Positions 1-8,505 of a DNA stretch of 64,000 bases are shown here, piece after piece; the first letter of the stretch is position 1; each line of letters begins with the position of its first letter. The notes under the pieces were generated by a model that did no database searches, was not told the origin of the DNA, and worked only from the letters and a program-made list of their open reading frames with translations. The position numbers and the translations under genes are program-made. Source of the DNA: an uncultured Chitinophagaceae bacterium (lineage in GTDB: Bacteria; Bacteroidota; Bacteroidia; Chitinophagales; Chitinophagaceae); assembly GCA_903883945.1 (NCBI GenBank), contig CAISCV010000198.1, forward strand, positions 5,235 to 69,234. The letters are read 5' to 3'.

Positions 1-1958
1 ATCTCTAACGTGTTATCTATCCCAAAGCCGACCGATCCAGAATTTCCTTCGGAATAAGCACCTGGTATAACACCATCAAACTTCGAGAAAGATACCACGT
101 GCCCTTGTCCTTTTCCATAGGCGGTATCTACCTGCACTTTGTAATAGTTCTGACTAGCCAGATCGGGTACATAACTAAAGCTGATACTAGGTCGCACCTC
201 GTGACGGATAGCTACAATATCACTCTTTTTTCCAAACAGATAGGTGCCGAAGATGCGGGTATTGGCACTTACGCCCATACTTACCTGACTTCCCGTATAA
301 AATCCTTTATGCACCACCGTATCAATCTTACTATTCACCGCATCCCATCGCCTGTAAAGCGTTTGCCCATACCATTTCTGTGCAAAAGAAATACTTGGCG
401 AAATAGTTACAGGCCCCAAAGAAGGCAACGACAAAGTAATAGGAATACTATGGGTAGCACCCCATTGTGTGGTGTCGAGTACCTTTTTTAAATTGAAAGC
501 GGTATCATAAAACGACACCTGATTGGTTAAGTTACCACTATAGCCAATACCCAGTTTCTCGTACCATTTGGGCGTACCCACTGCTTCTTTCTTCTGGAAA
601 GGATAAAAGGTTACGATGCTCCCTGTTGCAGTAGGCAAAATGAGGTTTACTAAATGATTGTAGCTATTTTGACTATGATCGAAGGAAAGCGAAACATTGG
701 CCTTATCCTTAAAATTTTTTGAGTAGTTGATAGAAGAACTTATCTGATTCTGATAGGTTAAAAACGGATTATTATACACCGTAGAATTGTAACGGGTGCT
801 TCCATAATTTACGTTGGCACTAAAACTTGTTCCGGGGCGCACACGCTGATCCTGGCTATGAGACCAATGTATCATAAACGTACGCAACGTAGTAAATTCA
901 TCAGGTGCATAATTACCAGCAGTAGGTGAATTGAGCGACTTTGTATTTTGAAAAGATACATCGAGGTTGCCTGTATACCGATACCGCTTCATATATCTAG
1001 GGTTTACATCTAGCGTCCAGCCGCCATAAGAATACAAATCGGTTCGAGTGGTTACATCCAAGTAATCGTTCACTACTTTATAATACCCCAAACCTCTTAA
1101 GCCTAGTCCATAGCTTTCATTTACTTCAAAGGCAGGGGGTAAAATACCCGAATGGCGTCCTTGTATTAAAGGGAAAATGCCAAAAGGCAAGGCAATAGGC
1201 AATGGCACGCCCTCAACCTCTGGATAAACAGCTCCCGTAACAGCCAATTTATTAGTAACCAATTTTAGTCTTCTGGTTCTAAAAGCAAAGTGAGGGGTAT
1301 CCAAATTACAAGTAGTAAATCGCGCATCGCGCCCATAAAACTCCGATTGGTTTACTTTCTTCAGCACCCTTGCATTTATGTACATTTCACCATCTTGCAA
1401 GTAAGTATTTTTGGTAAGCCCCTTTAAACTCTTCAAACTAAAAAGAATAGAATCGCTGATAGTTTTCATTTCTCCTTGCGTCAACTTAGGCTTACTATAC
1501 GGGTTGCCCGTGGTGTCGGTTGCCCCATAAGCCTGCACCAATTGCTTGTCTGAATTGTATTTGATGGTGGCTGCATCTAGGTTTACATCTTTGTTAGACA
1601 CTTTTGCTTTGCCATATAACGTGAACTCTTTGGTAGGAATTACAAACACGCCCGAGTCGGATGCTTCGTATTTAATAGGGGACGTAAGGCTATCTTTGGA
1701 AATATAAAGCGTATCAATCTGTTGTACAGAATCTTTTTTAATTATAACAGAAGTGTCGGTTACCGTTGTATCTGAAAAACTTTCGCTTACCTTAACTATT
1801 TTTTTAGAAGGTATCGTGTCTGAAAGGACTATTTTTGAATGGCTGATGGTTTGAATGTGTAATCCACTTGCTGTGAATTGTAGGACGACCATGAATAAAC
1901 TTATCCAAGTTAAAGATGCCCAGGCTATTTTTACTTTAAATTTATTACGTTTGTCCAT
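1..1958 (-). CDS. lptD: LptD/OstA-like large outer-membrane LPS-assembly protein, N-terminal part only (the C-terminus lies beyond the window start)
   Basis: My own translation of the minus strand starts at ATG 1958-1956 (MDKRNKFKVKIAWASLTWISLFMVVLQ..., a signal-like N-terminus) and stays open to position 1. It is absent from the ORF track because it runs off the edge. The segment RFTTCNLDTPHFAFRTRRLKLVTNKLAVTGAVYPEVEGVPLPIALPFGIFP resembles Bacteroidota LptD-type proteins; this is recognised from memory only. Confidence 0.6.
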   Translation of the reverse strand, partial: MDKRNKFKVKIAWASLTWISLFMVVLQFTASGLHIQTISHSKIVLSDTIPSKKIVKVSESFSDTTVTDTSVIIKKDSVQQIDTLYISKDSLTSPIKYEASDSGVFVIPTKEFTLYGKAKVSNKDVNLDAATIKYNSDKQLVQAYGATDTTGNPYSKPKLTQGEMKTISDSILFSLKSLKGLTKNTYLQDGEMYINARVLKKVNQSEFYGRDARFTTCNLDTPHFAFRTRRLKLVTNKLAVTGAVYPEVEGVPLPIALPFGIFPLIQGRHSGILPPAFEVNESYGLGLRGLGYYKVVNDYLDVTTRTDLYSYGGWTLDVNPRYMKRYRYTGNLDVSFQNTKSLNSPTAGNYAPDEFTTLRTFMIHWSHSQDQRVRPGTSFSANVNYGSTRYNSTVYNNPFLTYQNQISSSINYSKNFKDKANVSLSFDHSQNSYNHLVNLILPTATGSIVTFYPFQKKEAVGTPKWYEKLGIGYSGNLTNQVSFYDTAFNLKKVLDTTQWGATHSIPITLSLPSLGPVTISPSISFAQKWYGQTLYRRWDAVNSKIDTVVHKGFYTGSQVSMGVSANTRIFGTYLFGKKSDIVAIRHEVRPSISFSYVPDLASQNYYKVQVDTAYGKGQGHVVSFSKFDGVIPGAYSEGNSGSVGFGIDNTLE

Positions 1959-2039
1959 ATCGGGGTCAGCAAAAATAGTCGGTAAACCCACTGTAGCCTA
2001 ATATACGTTTGATTGAAGGATACTTTAACTTTTTTAGAT

Positions 2040-2960
2040 ATGACAATAAACAAATTTTCAACCCTTTACCTGCTCTCTTTCTGTGCGCTTTTCCTAACTT
2101 CATTTTCTACCAAAGACAGTCAGTTTCAGAAGTCGAGGTTAAGAAAAATTGTGATAGATGCAGGACATGGGGGCAAAGACAGTGGTGCACCGGGCAAATA
2201 TTCTAATGAAAAGGACGTATCCCTTGCCATCTCTATCAAGCTGGAGGAGCTGATGCAAGCGCAAATACCCGACATTGAGGTTGTACTCACCCGTAGAACA
2301 GATATTTACCAACACCCTACCGAAAAAGCAAGAATTGCCAATCAGGCAAAAGGCGATTTGTTTGTGTGCATACATTGCAACAGTGCCGACCCATCTCGAC
2401 ATTCGTCTTTTGTGGGTTATAGAACAGAGACTTATCGTTCGCATGGTAAAAAACGTACCCGTCAGGTGAAGGAATATCATACAACTTCGGTCCCTAACCC
2501 TGCCAAAGGAACAGAAACCTACATTTGGGGAGCACATCGGAATGATTTAAAAGAAATAGCCATGCGTGAAAATCAGAGTTTATACTTGGATAGTAATGCA
2601 GCAAGTACCATTCAGGGATTTGATTCGCCCGAGAAGATGAATTTCATCAATTTAAAAACCCGTCAATATTTTGATAGGAGTGCTTATCTCGCCCTTACTA
2701 TACAAGAAGAATTTGCAAAGGCAGGTCGCATAGACAGGGATGCTTTGCAAAGACAAGTAGGTATTTGGGTGTTACAGGCGGTGGCAATGCCGGCTGTATT
2801 GGTGGAAACAGGCTACATCTCGAACCCCGAAGAGGAAGACTACCTAAACAGTCCTACCGGGCAAACAGAAATAGCACAGTCTATCGTAAACGCAATAAAA
2901 CGTTACCGTTCTTCCTTAGATAACAAAACAATAAGTGCCGATTTAAACGGTGGAAAATAA
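2040..2960 (+). CDS. N-acetylmuramoyl-L-alanine amidase (Amidase_3 family)
   Basis: It carries the motif IVIDAGHGGKDSGA plus VLVETGYISNPEEEDYL, which is typical of AmiA/B/C-type amidases. The ORF track starts at an alternative codon at 2013; the in-frame ATG at 2040 (MTINKFSTLYLLSF..., signal-like) is the more likely start. Confidence 0.85.
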   Translation: MTINKFSTLYLLSFCALFLTSFSTKDSQFQKSRLRKIVIDAGHGGKDSGAPGKYSNEKDVSLAISIKLEELMQAQIPDIEVVLTRRTDIYQHPTEKARIANQAKGDLFVCIHCNSADPSRHSSFVGYRTETYRSHGKKRTRQVKEYHTTSVPNPAKGTETYIWGAHRNDLKEIAMRENQSLYLDSNAASTIQGFDSPEKMNFINLKTRQYFDRSAYLALTIQEEFAKAGRIDRDALQRQVGIWVLQAVAMPAVLVETGYISNPEEEDYLNSPTGQTEIAQSIVNAIKRYRSSLDNKTISADLNGGK

Positions 2961-3139
2961 GCTGATGGTGATACGATAGGCATTGTTTGTGGAAGAAATA
3001 AGGGTTTCAGTAATTTAAGAATAATTCAAAAGGTAATAAAACGAGAAATATTACCTTATTTATTCCATTATTAATCTATTTGTTAGAATATAAAATACGG
3101 GGGATAAACTTAAAAATAGTCAATTGCCTATTAAATGTT

Positions 3140-3348
3140 GACAATTTGAAATCCTAAATGACCAATTTGAAATCCTAAATTAGTAATTTGAAATCCTAAA
3201 TTGGTAATTTGGAATCCTAAATTGGCAATTTGAAATCTTAAATTGGTAATTTGGAATCTTAAATTGGTAATTTGAAATCCTAAATTGGCAATTTGAAATC
3301 CTAAATTGGTAATTTGAGATCCTAAATTGGCAATTTGGAATCCTAAAT
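3140..3348. repeat. Tandem array of 10 x 21 bp (first unit 20 bp), consensus TGGYAATTTGRAATCYTAAAT
   Basis: Read directly from the sequence: unit boundaries at 3160, 3181, 3202, 3223, 3244, 3265, 3286, 3307 and 3328. The array ends 4 nt from the recX stop codon and lies in the convergent spacer between the amidase and recX. Confidence 0.95.
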
Positions 3349-3351
3349 TAA

Positions 3352-3840
3352 CTAGTAGGGCATAGTTCCTCTCCTGATATCCGCTATTGCAGAAGTAATC
3401 AGGTTCGGCTCAAACCCTTTCTGTAACAGATAAGTAGTCGTTTTGGCTTGTCTGTTCAGGTATTGCTCTCCTTGTAGGCTTTCCCATTTTTTTGCTGTAA
3501 GGCTTTTTAGTGTTTCCAGATAGGTCTCTTCTTCTATTTCTTTCATAGCTAGGGAAATGCAAAAGGTGCTTACCCCTTTTTGTTTTAGCTCATATTTAAT
3601 CTTCACCCGTCCCCATTGTTTCATCCTGAACTTTCCTCCTGCAAAAGCAACGGCAAATCGTTCTTCATTCAGATAATTCTCTTCTAAAAGCTGATAAATC
3701 AGTTGTTCTACCTCCTTTTTATACAATCCAAAGCTGTATAATTTCTCTGACACCTCTCTATGACTTCTTTCCTGATACGCACAAAATTGTTTTATTTTTT
3801 GAAATGCCTGATCGGGTGTAAAACTTTTTTTCGAATACAT
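3352..3840 (-). CDS. recX: RecX regulatory protein
   Basis: 162 aa. QKIKQFCAYQERSHREVSEKLYSFGL...EENYLNEERFAVAFAGGKFRMKQWGRVKIKYELKQKGVS matches the RecX three-helix repeat pattern. Confidence 0.85.
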   Translation of the reverse strand: MYSKKSFTPDQAFQKIKQFCAYQERSHREVSEKLYSFGLYKKEVEQLIYQLLEENYLNEERFAVAFAGGKFRMKQWGRVKIKYELKQKGVSTFCISLAMKEIEEETYLETLKSLTAKKWESLQGEQYLNRQAKTTTYLLQKGFEPNLITSAIADIRRGTMPY

Positions 3841-4239
3841 ATTGCTTAAAGGTTAACTACAAAGAACACAAAGACTTTCACAAAGGGCACTAGGATGAAA
3901 CCTATTGATATTTGATGTCTATTTCTCATTGTATTTTGTGGTAAATCATACCATTGTTTTTGTGATTATTTATAAAACCCCTGGTTTAATTAGGGGTTAC
4001 TAATGCTCTTTAACTAAAAAGGATACTCATAAGCTATTACCAAGTACGCTAATTTTTATTGCTTGTGTAACTTAGTGGTATCTCCCATTGTGCCCTTTGT
4101 GGTAAAGCATCTAAATCACAACAAAAGTGCAGTATATCCACATAATAACAACATTGTACACCCAAATGGTGGTTCATTTTAAGTATGTGTAACGAATATT
4201 GATATTTTGCAGTAGGTTTGTCGCTTATAATTAGTAGAT

Positions 4240-5355
4240 ATGAAGTTTATTGTTTCCTCCTCGTCTTTGTTAAAACACCTTCAACAAATTAATGGTGTTA
4301 TTAATGCCAATACCGTATTGCCCATTTTGGAAGATTTCTTGTTTGAAATAGAAAATAAGAAACTAAACATTGTTGCCACCGACTTAGAAACGGTAATGCG
4401 TGTGCAGATGGATGTAGAAAGTAAGGCAGATGGCAAAGTGTGTATTCCTGCGAAAATATTAATAGATACACTAAAAAATATTGCCGATCAGCCGCTTACT
4501 TTCAGTATCGATCAAAACTTTTCGGTAGAAATAACGAGTGATAATGGTAAGTATAAAGTGCCCGGCGAAAACCCGGATAACTTTCCGAAAGAGCCTTCCA
4601 ACGACGACACCACGGGTTTTCCTATGACGAGTAGTTCGTTGGTAACCGCCATCAATAAAACGTTGTTTGCAGTAAGTAGCGACGATTTAAGACCCGCCAT
4701 GACGGGTGTTTTCTTTGAATTGAGTCCCGAGTTTGTACAATTTGTAGCAACCGATGCACATCGCTTGGTTCGGTATAAAAGAACCGATACCAAAGCTACC
4801 CGAGTTGATAGCTTTATCGTTCCTAAGAAACCTTTGAACTTATTGCGTAATGCATTGCCCGACAATGACGATGAAATTACCATCAGCTACAACAGCAATC
4901 ACTTGTTTGTGAGCCACGGCGATGTACAGATGATTTGTCGTTTGATTGATGCCCGTTTTCCAGATTATAAAGTGGTAATACCGGCAGACAATCCTTATAA
5001 ATTAATTGTTACCAAGGCCGACTTCCAGAGTGCTTTACGTCGTGTAAGTATCTTTAGTAATAAGAGTACCAATCAGGTGGCTTTAAACATTACGGGTAGC
5101 GAACTACAAATGGCAGCGCAAGATATCGACTTTAATTTTGAAGGTAACGAGCGTATGAATTGCCAATACGATGGAGAAGACCTTCAAATTGCTTTTAATG
5201 CGAAGTTTTTGATAGAAATGCTAAATGCGGCTGATACTTCAGAAGTGAGACTGGAGTTGTCTACATCCACAAAAGCAGGTTTGATAAAACCATCAGAACA
5301 AGCAGAGGGTGAAGACCTATTGATGCTAGTAATGCCTTTGATGTTGAATAATTAA
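4240..5355 (+). CDS. dnaN: DNA polymerase III beta sliding clamp
   Basis: 371 aa. The N-terminus MKFIVSSSSLLKHLQQINGVINANTVLPILEDFLFEI, the segment ATDAHRLV, and the C-terminal LLMLVMPLMLNN are all classic DnaN features. Confidence 0.95.
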   Translation: MKFIVSSSSLLKHLQQINGVINANTVLPILEDFLFEIENKKLNIVATDLETVMRVQMDVESKADGKVCIPAKILIDTLKNIADQPLTFSIDQNFSVEITSDNGKYKVPGENPDNFPKEPSNDDTTGFPMTSSSLVTAINKTLFAVSSDDLRPAMTGVFFELSPEFVQFVATDAHRLVRYKRTDTKATRVDSFIVPKKPLNLLRNALPDNDDEITISYNSNHLFVSHGDVQMICRLIDARFPDYKVVIPADNPYKLIVTKADFQSALRRVSIFSNKSTNQVALNITGSELQMAAQDIDFNFEGNERMNCQYDGEDLQIAFNAKFLIEMLNAADTSEVRLELSTSTKAGLIKPSEQAEGEDLLMLVMPLMLNN

Positions 5356-5496
5356 ATTTAAGAAAAGGGAACTGATATAAAAAAGGAATAACTTGACGGT
5401 TATTCCTTTTTTTTGTGAAAAACTTGAGAACAATAAATGATATTGCCATACCAACATACAAACCAGTAACATTTGCAGAAATAAAAATATTCTAAA

Positions 5497-5766
5497 ATGA
5501 ATATTGCACAAATAAAGTTATACGATATTCTTAGGAATGATTTATCTCTAACAGAAGAGAAAGCTTTACGCTTTGTGGAAGTAATTGACGGAGTAATAAT
5601 TGATGAAGTGAAAACAAATGCGAGTGAATACAGGAGTGTTATTAAAGATGATTTATTTCAATTAGAAATAAAATTAAAAGATAAGATTTCTGACCAATTC
5701 AAATGGGTAATTGGCGTATTTCTAACTTTAGCATTGATGATAGTTGGTCTTTACATAAAGAAATAA
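5497..5766 (+). CDS. Hypothetical small protein with a helical N-terminus and a C-terminal transmembrane anchor
   Basis: 89-aa ORF with a charged helical region followed by WVIGVFLTLALMIVGLYI. A strong terminator follows. No family was recognised. Confidence 0.5.
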   Translation: MNIAQIKLYDILRNDLSLTEEKALRFVEVIDGVIIDEVKTNASEYRSVIKDDLFQLEIKLKDKISDQFKWVIGVFLTLALMIVGLYIKK

Positions 5767-5788
5767 AATTTAGTTAATTGAATATAAA

Positions 5789-5824
5789 CAAAAAGCCTGC
5801 GATTATATAATCGCAGGCTTTTTC
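5789..5824. terminator. Bidirectional rho-independent terminator
   Basis: AAAAAGCCTGCGATTatatAATCGCAGGCTTTTT has an 11-bp perfect stem flanked by an A-run and a T-run. It sits between convergent genes. Confidence 0.8.
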
Positions 5825-5857
5825 TATTAATCACTTATCATTAAACGTTAATCATTA

Positions 5858-6946
5858 CTAAAGATACTTATCACCTTTAGCACGTTTTACTTCGGCTACA
5901 TATTCTTTAATAGCTTGTTCTTTTTCTTTCTTGCAAATCAACAAAGCATCCGGGGTATCTATCACTATATAGTCATCAAGCCCTTGTAAAACTACCAATT
6001 TATCTTTAGGGGCAGTCACCATACATTTAGTGGCATCTATGATTACCACATTTTCACTTGCCACTGCATTACCCAAAGAATCTTTTTCAAGATTATCATA
6101 GGCACTAGTCCAGGTTCCCAAGTCGGTCCAACCAAAAGAAGAAGGTATTACATACACGTTCTCCGCTTTTTCCATCAAAGCAACATCTACAGCCACATTC
6201 TTACACAGCGGATAGATACGATCTATGGCATCTTTCTCAGCAGGGGTATTAAGGTGCTGCTTTTCGGCATCAAACAATTCGAAAGTATCTGGGTCATATT
6301 TTTCAAAACCATCAACCACATCCTTCGCTTTCCAAATGAATATGCCGCCATTCCATAAGAAATCACCGCTATCCAAAAATTTCTTAGCAATTTCTAAACT
6401 AGGTTTCTCCGTAAATGTTTTTACGCGGAAAATGCCGTCGCCAGCATCATCATTCTGATCAAACTGAATATAACCATATCCTGTGTTTGGATAAGTAGGC
6501 TGAATACCCAACGTAACAAAGGCGGTGTTTTTACTTACATAATCCAACGCCTTTTTGGCAATGCTGATAAAAGTATCCTGATCGGCAATCATGTGATCGC
6601 TTGGTGCAACAATAAGGCTGGCATTCGGATTCTTTTGCAATAACTTAAAGGCAATATACGCAACGCATGGAGCTGTATTCTTACGACTAGGTTCGGCAAT
6701 AATGTTCTCTACTGGAATATCAGGCAACTGTTCTGCACAGATATGACTGTATTCTGCAGCCGTAACTACGTAAATATTTTCTTTTGGCACAAACGCTGCG
6801 AAGCGTTCATAGGTCCATTGAATAAGGCTTTTGCCTGTATTTAAGATATCCAGAAACTGTTTGGGATAGCCCGTACGGCTTTGAGGCCAAAAACGACTAC
6901 CGATTCCTCCAGCCATAATGGCTACGTAATAATTGGGATTATTCAT
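5858..6946 (-). CDS. Mannose-1-phosphate guanylyltransferase (GDP-mannose pyrophosphorylase)
   Basis: 362 aa. VAIMAGGIGSRFWPQSRTGYPKQFLDI is the nucleotidyltransferase signature, and the overall length fits the ManC-like family. Confidence 0.85.
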   Translation of the reverse strand: MNNPNYYVAIMAGGIGSRFWPQSRTGYPKQFLDILNTGKSLIQWTYERFAAFVPKENIYVVTAAEYSHICAEQLPDIPVENIIAEPSRKNTAPCVAYIAFKLLQKNPNASLIVAPSDHMIADQDTFISIAKKALDYVSKNTAFVTLGIQPTYPNTGYGYIQFDQNDDAGDGIFRVKTFTEKPSLEIAKKFLDSGDFLWNGGIFIWKAKDVVDGFEKYDPDTFELFDAEKQHLNTPAEKDAIDRIYPLCKNVAVDVALMEKAENVYVIPSSFGWTDLGTWTSAYDNLEKDSLGNAVASENVVIIDATKCMVTAPKDKLVVLQGLDDYIVIDTPDALLICKKEKEQAIKEYVAEVKRAKGDKYL

Positions 6947-7084
6947 TTTGTTAAGTTGTAATAAATTAATTAATTAAAAAATCAAATGTAAGCGGATAAT
7001 TCAAGTGGCAAAATGTCTTTTATTGTAACGGTTTATTGAAATTATTATTGTATTTGCAGATTTAAATAAACTTTTATCCGTATT

Positions 7085-7143
7085 CAGGTTACCAGTTACA
7101 GGGTTCGGGTAGCTTACACTAGAAACCTGTAACCTGAAACCTG
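7085..7143 (-). terminator. Long hairpin made of heptamer-phased sequence, immediately 3' of kpsF
   Basis: CAGGTTACCAGTTACAGGGTTC (7085-7106) pairs with GAAACCTGTAACCTGAAACCTG (7122-7143). It starts 4 nt after the kpsF stop codon. There is no clear U-tract, so terminator function is inferred only. Confidence 0.45.
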
Positions 7144-7146
7144 CTA

Positions 7147-8109
7147 TTAACTAATTCCTTCCTTTATCAATTCATGCAAATGTAAAATTCCTATATATTG
7201 TCCATCTTCTGCAACTATCAACTGGCTGATGTCGTACAAAGCAAATATCTCAAGGGCATCTACCGCCATTATAATAGGTTCGATGGTTTTGGGGTTAAGA
7301 GTCAAAATATCTGTAGCAGTAATATTTTTGATATTATCACTACGTTCAAGCATACGCCGCAAATCTCCATCGGTAATAATACCCAATACTTTGTTATTCG
7401 TATCAACTACAGCAGTTACCCCCAATCTTTTTTCTGTTATTTCTACTATTACTTCTTTCAAAGTAGCAGTAGGTAATACTTTGGGGGCAATAGAATCGGA
7501 CACTAAATCTTTTACCTTCAAATAAAGACGTTTACCAAGATTACCACCAGGGTGATAACGGGCAAAATCCTGGTTGTCGAACCCTTTTAGTTCCATCAAA
7601 CAAACCGCAATAGCATCTCCCATCACCATTTGTGCAGTCGTGCTACTTGTGGGGGCTAGATTATTGGGACAAGCCTCTTTGATTACTGTAGTATTAATTA
7701 CCAAATTTGCTTGTTGTGCCAAAAAGCTATCCGTATTACCAACAATGGCTATTAAAAGATTATTGAAGTTTTTTATTAAGGGGACTATTGCTTTTATCTC
7801 GGGACTCTCACCGCTTTTGCTTAATATCAAAACGATATCATTCTCTTGTACCATTCCCAAATCGCCGTGAATAGCATCGGCGGCATGCATAAATAAGGAA
7901 GGTGTTCCAGTGGAGTTTAGGGTGGCAACAATCTTTTGGGCAACAATGGCACTTTTGCCAATACCACTTATAACTACACGGCCCTTGCATTCATTTATGG
8001 CTTTTACTGCTTTCTCAAAATTCTCGTCTATAAAATCTTTCAAACCAGCTATTGCTGCAGCTTCCAATGCAACTGTTTGTTGTGCAATTTGTAAAATAGA
8101 TACATTCAT
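7147..8109 (-). CDS. kpsF: KpsF/GutQ-family arabinose-5-phosphate isomerase (SIS domain plus tandem CBS domains)
   Basis: 320 aa. GRVVISGIGKSAIVAQKIVATLNSTGTPSLFMHAADAIHGDLGM is the SIS domain, and the C-terminal half is CBS-like. Confidence 0.9.
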   Translation of the reverse strand: MNVSILQIAQQTVALEAAAIAGLKDFIDENFEKAVKAINECKGRVVISGIGKSAIVAQKIVATLNSTGTPSLFMHAADAIHGDLGMVQENDIVLILSKSGESPEIKAIVPLIKNFNNLLIAIVGNTDSFLAQQANLVINTTVIKEACPNNLAPTSSTTAQMVMGDAIAVCLMELKGFDNQDFARYHPGGNLGKRLYLKVKDLVSDSIAPKVLPTATLKEVIVEITEKRLGVTAVVDTNNKVLGIITDGDLRRMLERSDNIKNITATDILTLNPKTIEPIIMAVDALEIFALYDISQLIVAEDGQYIGILHLHELIKEGIS

Positions 8110-8505
8110 TGTGCCGCAAAGGTATGTTTTGACAATATAGGATTAATAGTATAGTATAAAAGTTTATAATAGTTTTATACCCCCATACATGATAGTAAAT
8201 TTTAAATAATTTAATGCATAATGGAATCAAGTATCATCTGTTTGTTAATGAAAGAATTAGTGGTTGATATCAAGCATGATTCCTATAAAAAATAGTAAAC
8301 TTTATCACAACCCAAAAAAATAATAAATTAGCAACGAAAAAAAGTTTCTAATGATTAACTTCGTCACCCTCTTAAATTAAACGTGATTGTTTTTTAATAG
8401 AACTGGTTCATTATTCAACCGTTATACGTGCATGTTTAGATGCATTTTTTAAATTATCTAAAATACCCCGAGTTTTCGGGAAAATATATTATGGGAATAC
8501 ATATC

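Noticed and set aside
99-491. 130-aa plus-strand ORF at the left edge
   Set aside because: It lies antisense inside the long open lptD-like frame, starts at a GTG, and has a low-complexity Arg/Gln-rich tail. It is most likely a shadow ORF.
3140-3348. Possible CRISPR array (also considered for 14852-15051, 22927-23412, 38331-38560 and 47191-47362)
   Set aside because: The repeats are directly adjacent with no unique spacers. The units are only ~21 bp, and no cas genes are present in the window.
3841-4239. Replication origin (oriC) upstream of dnaN
   Set aside because: There is only one near-consensus DnaA box (ATATCCACA at about 4134) plus two weak TGTGGTAAA sites. There is no dnaA gene nearby and no obvious AT-rich unwinding element. 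This is not enough to call an origin.
5261-5511. Two minus-strand ORFs (66 and 61 aa) just downstream of dnaN
   Set aside because: They overlap the dnaN 3' end and each other, are hydrophobic and low-complexity, and have no supporting signal. They were treated as spurious.
8440-8505. Long N-terminal extensions implied by the ORF track (recQ 8440, GDE 12902, prmA 31551, SCO1 50210, actE 58035, DUF4197-like 43720, S8 40928, OmpA 42210)
   Set aside because: In each case an internal Met gives a proper signal peptide or the conserved family N-terminus. Several of the upstream starts are non-ATG or would overlap the preceding gene.
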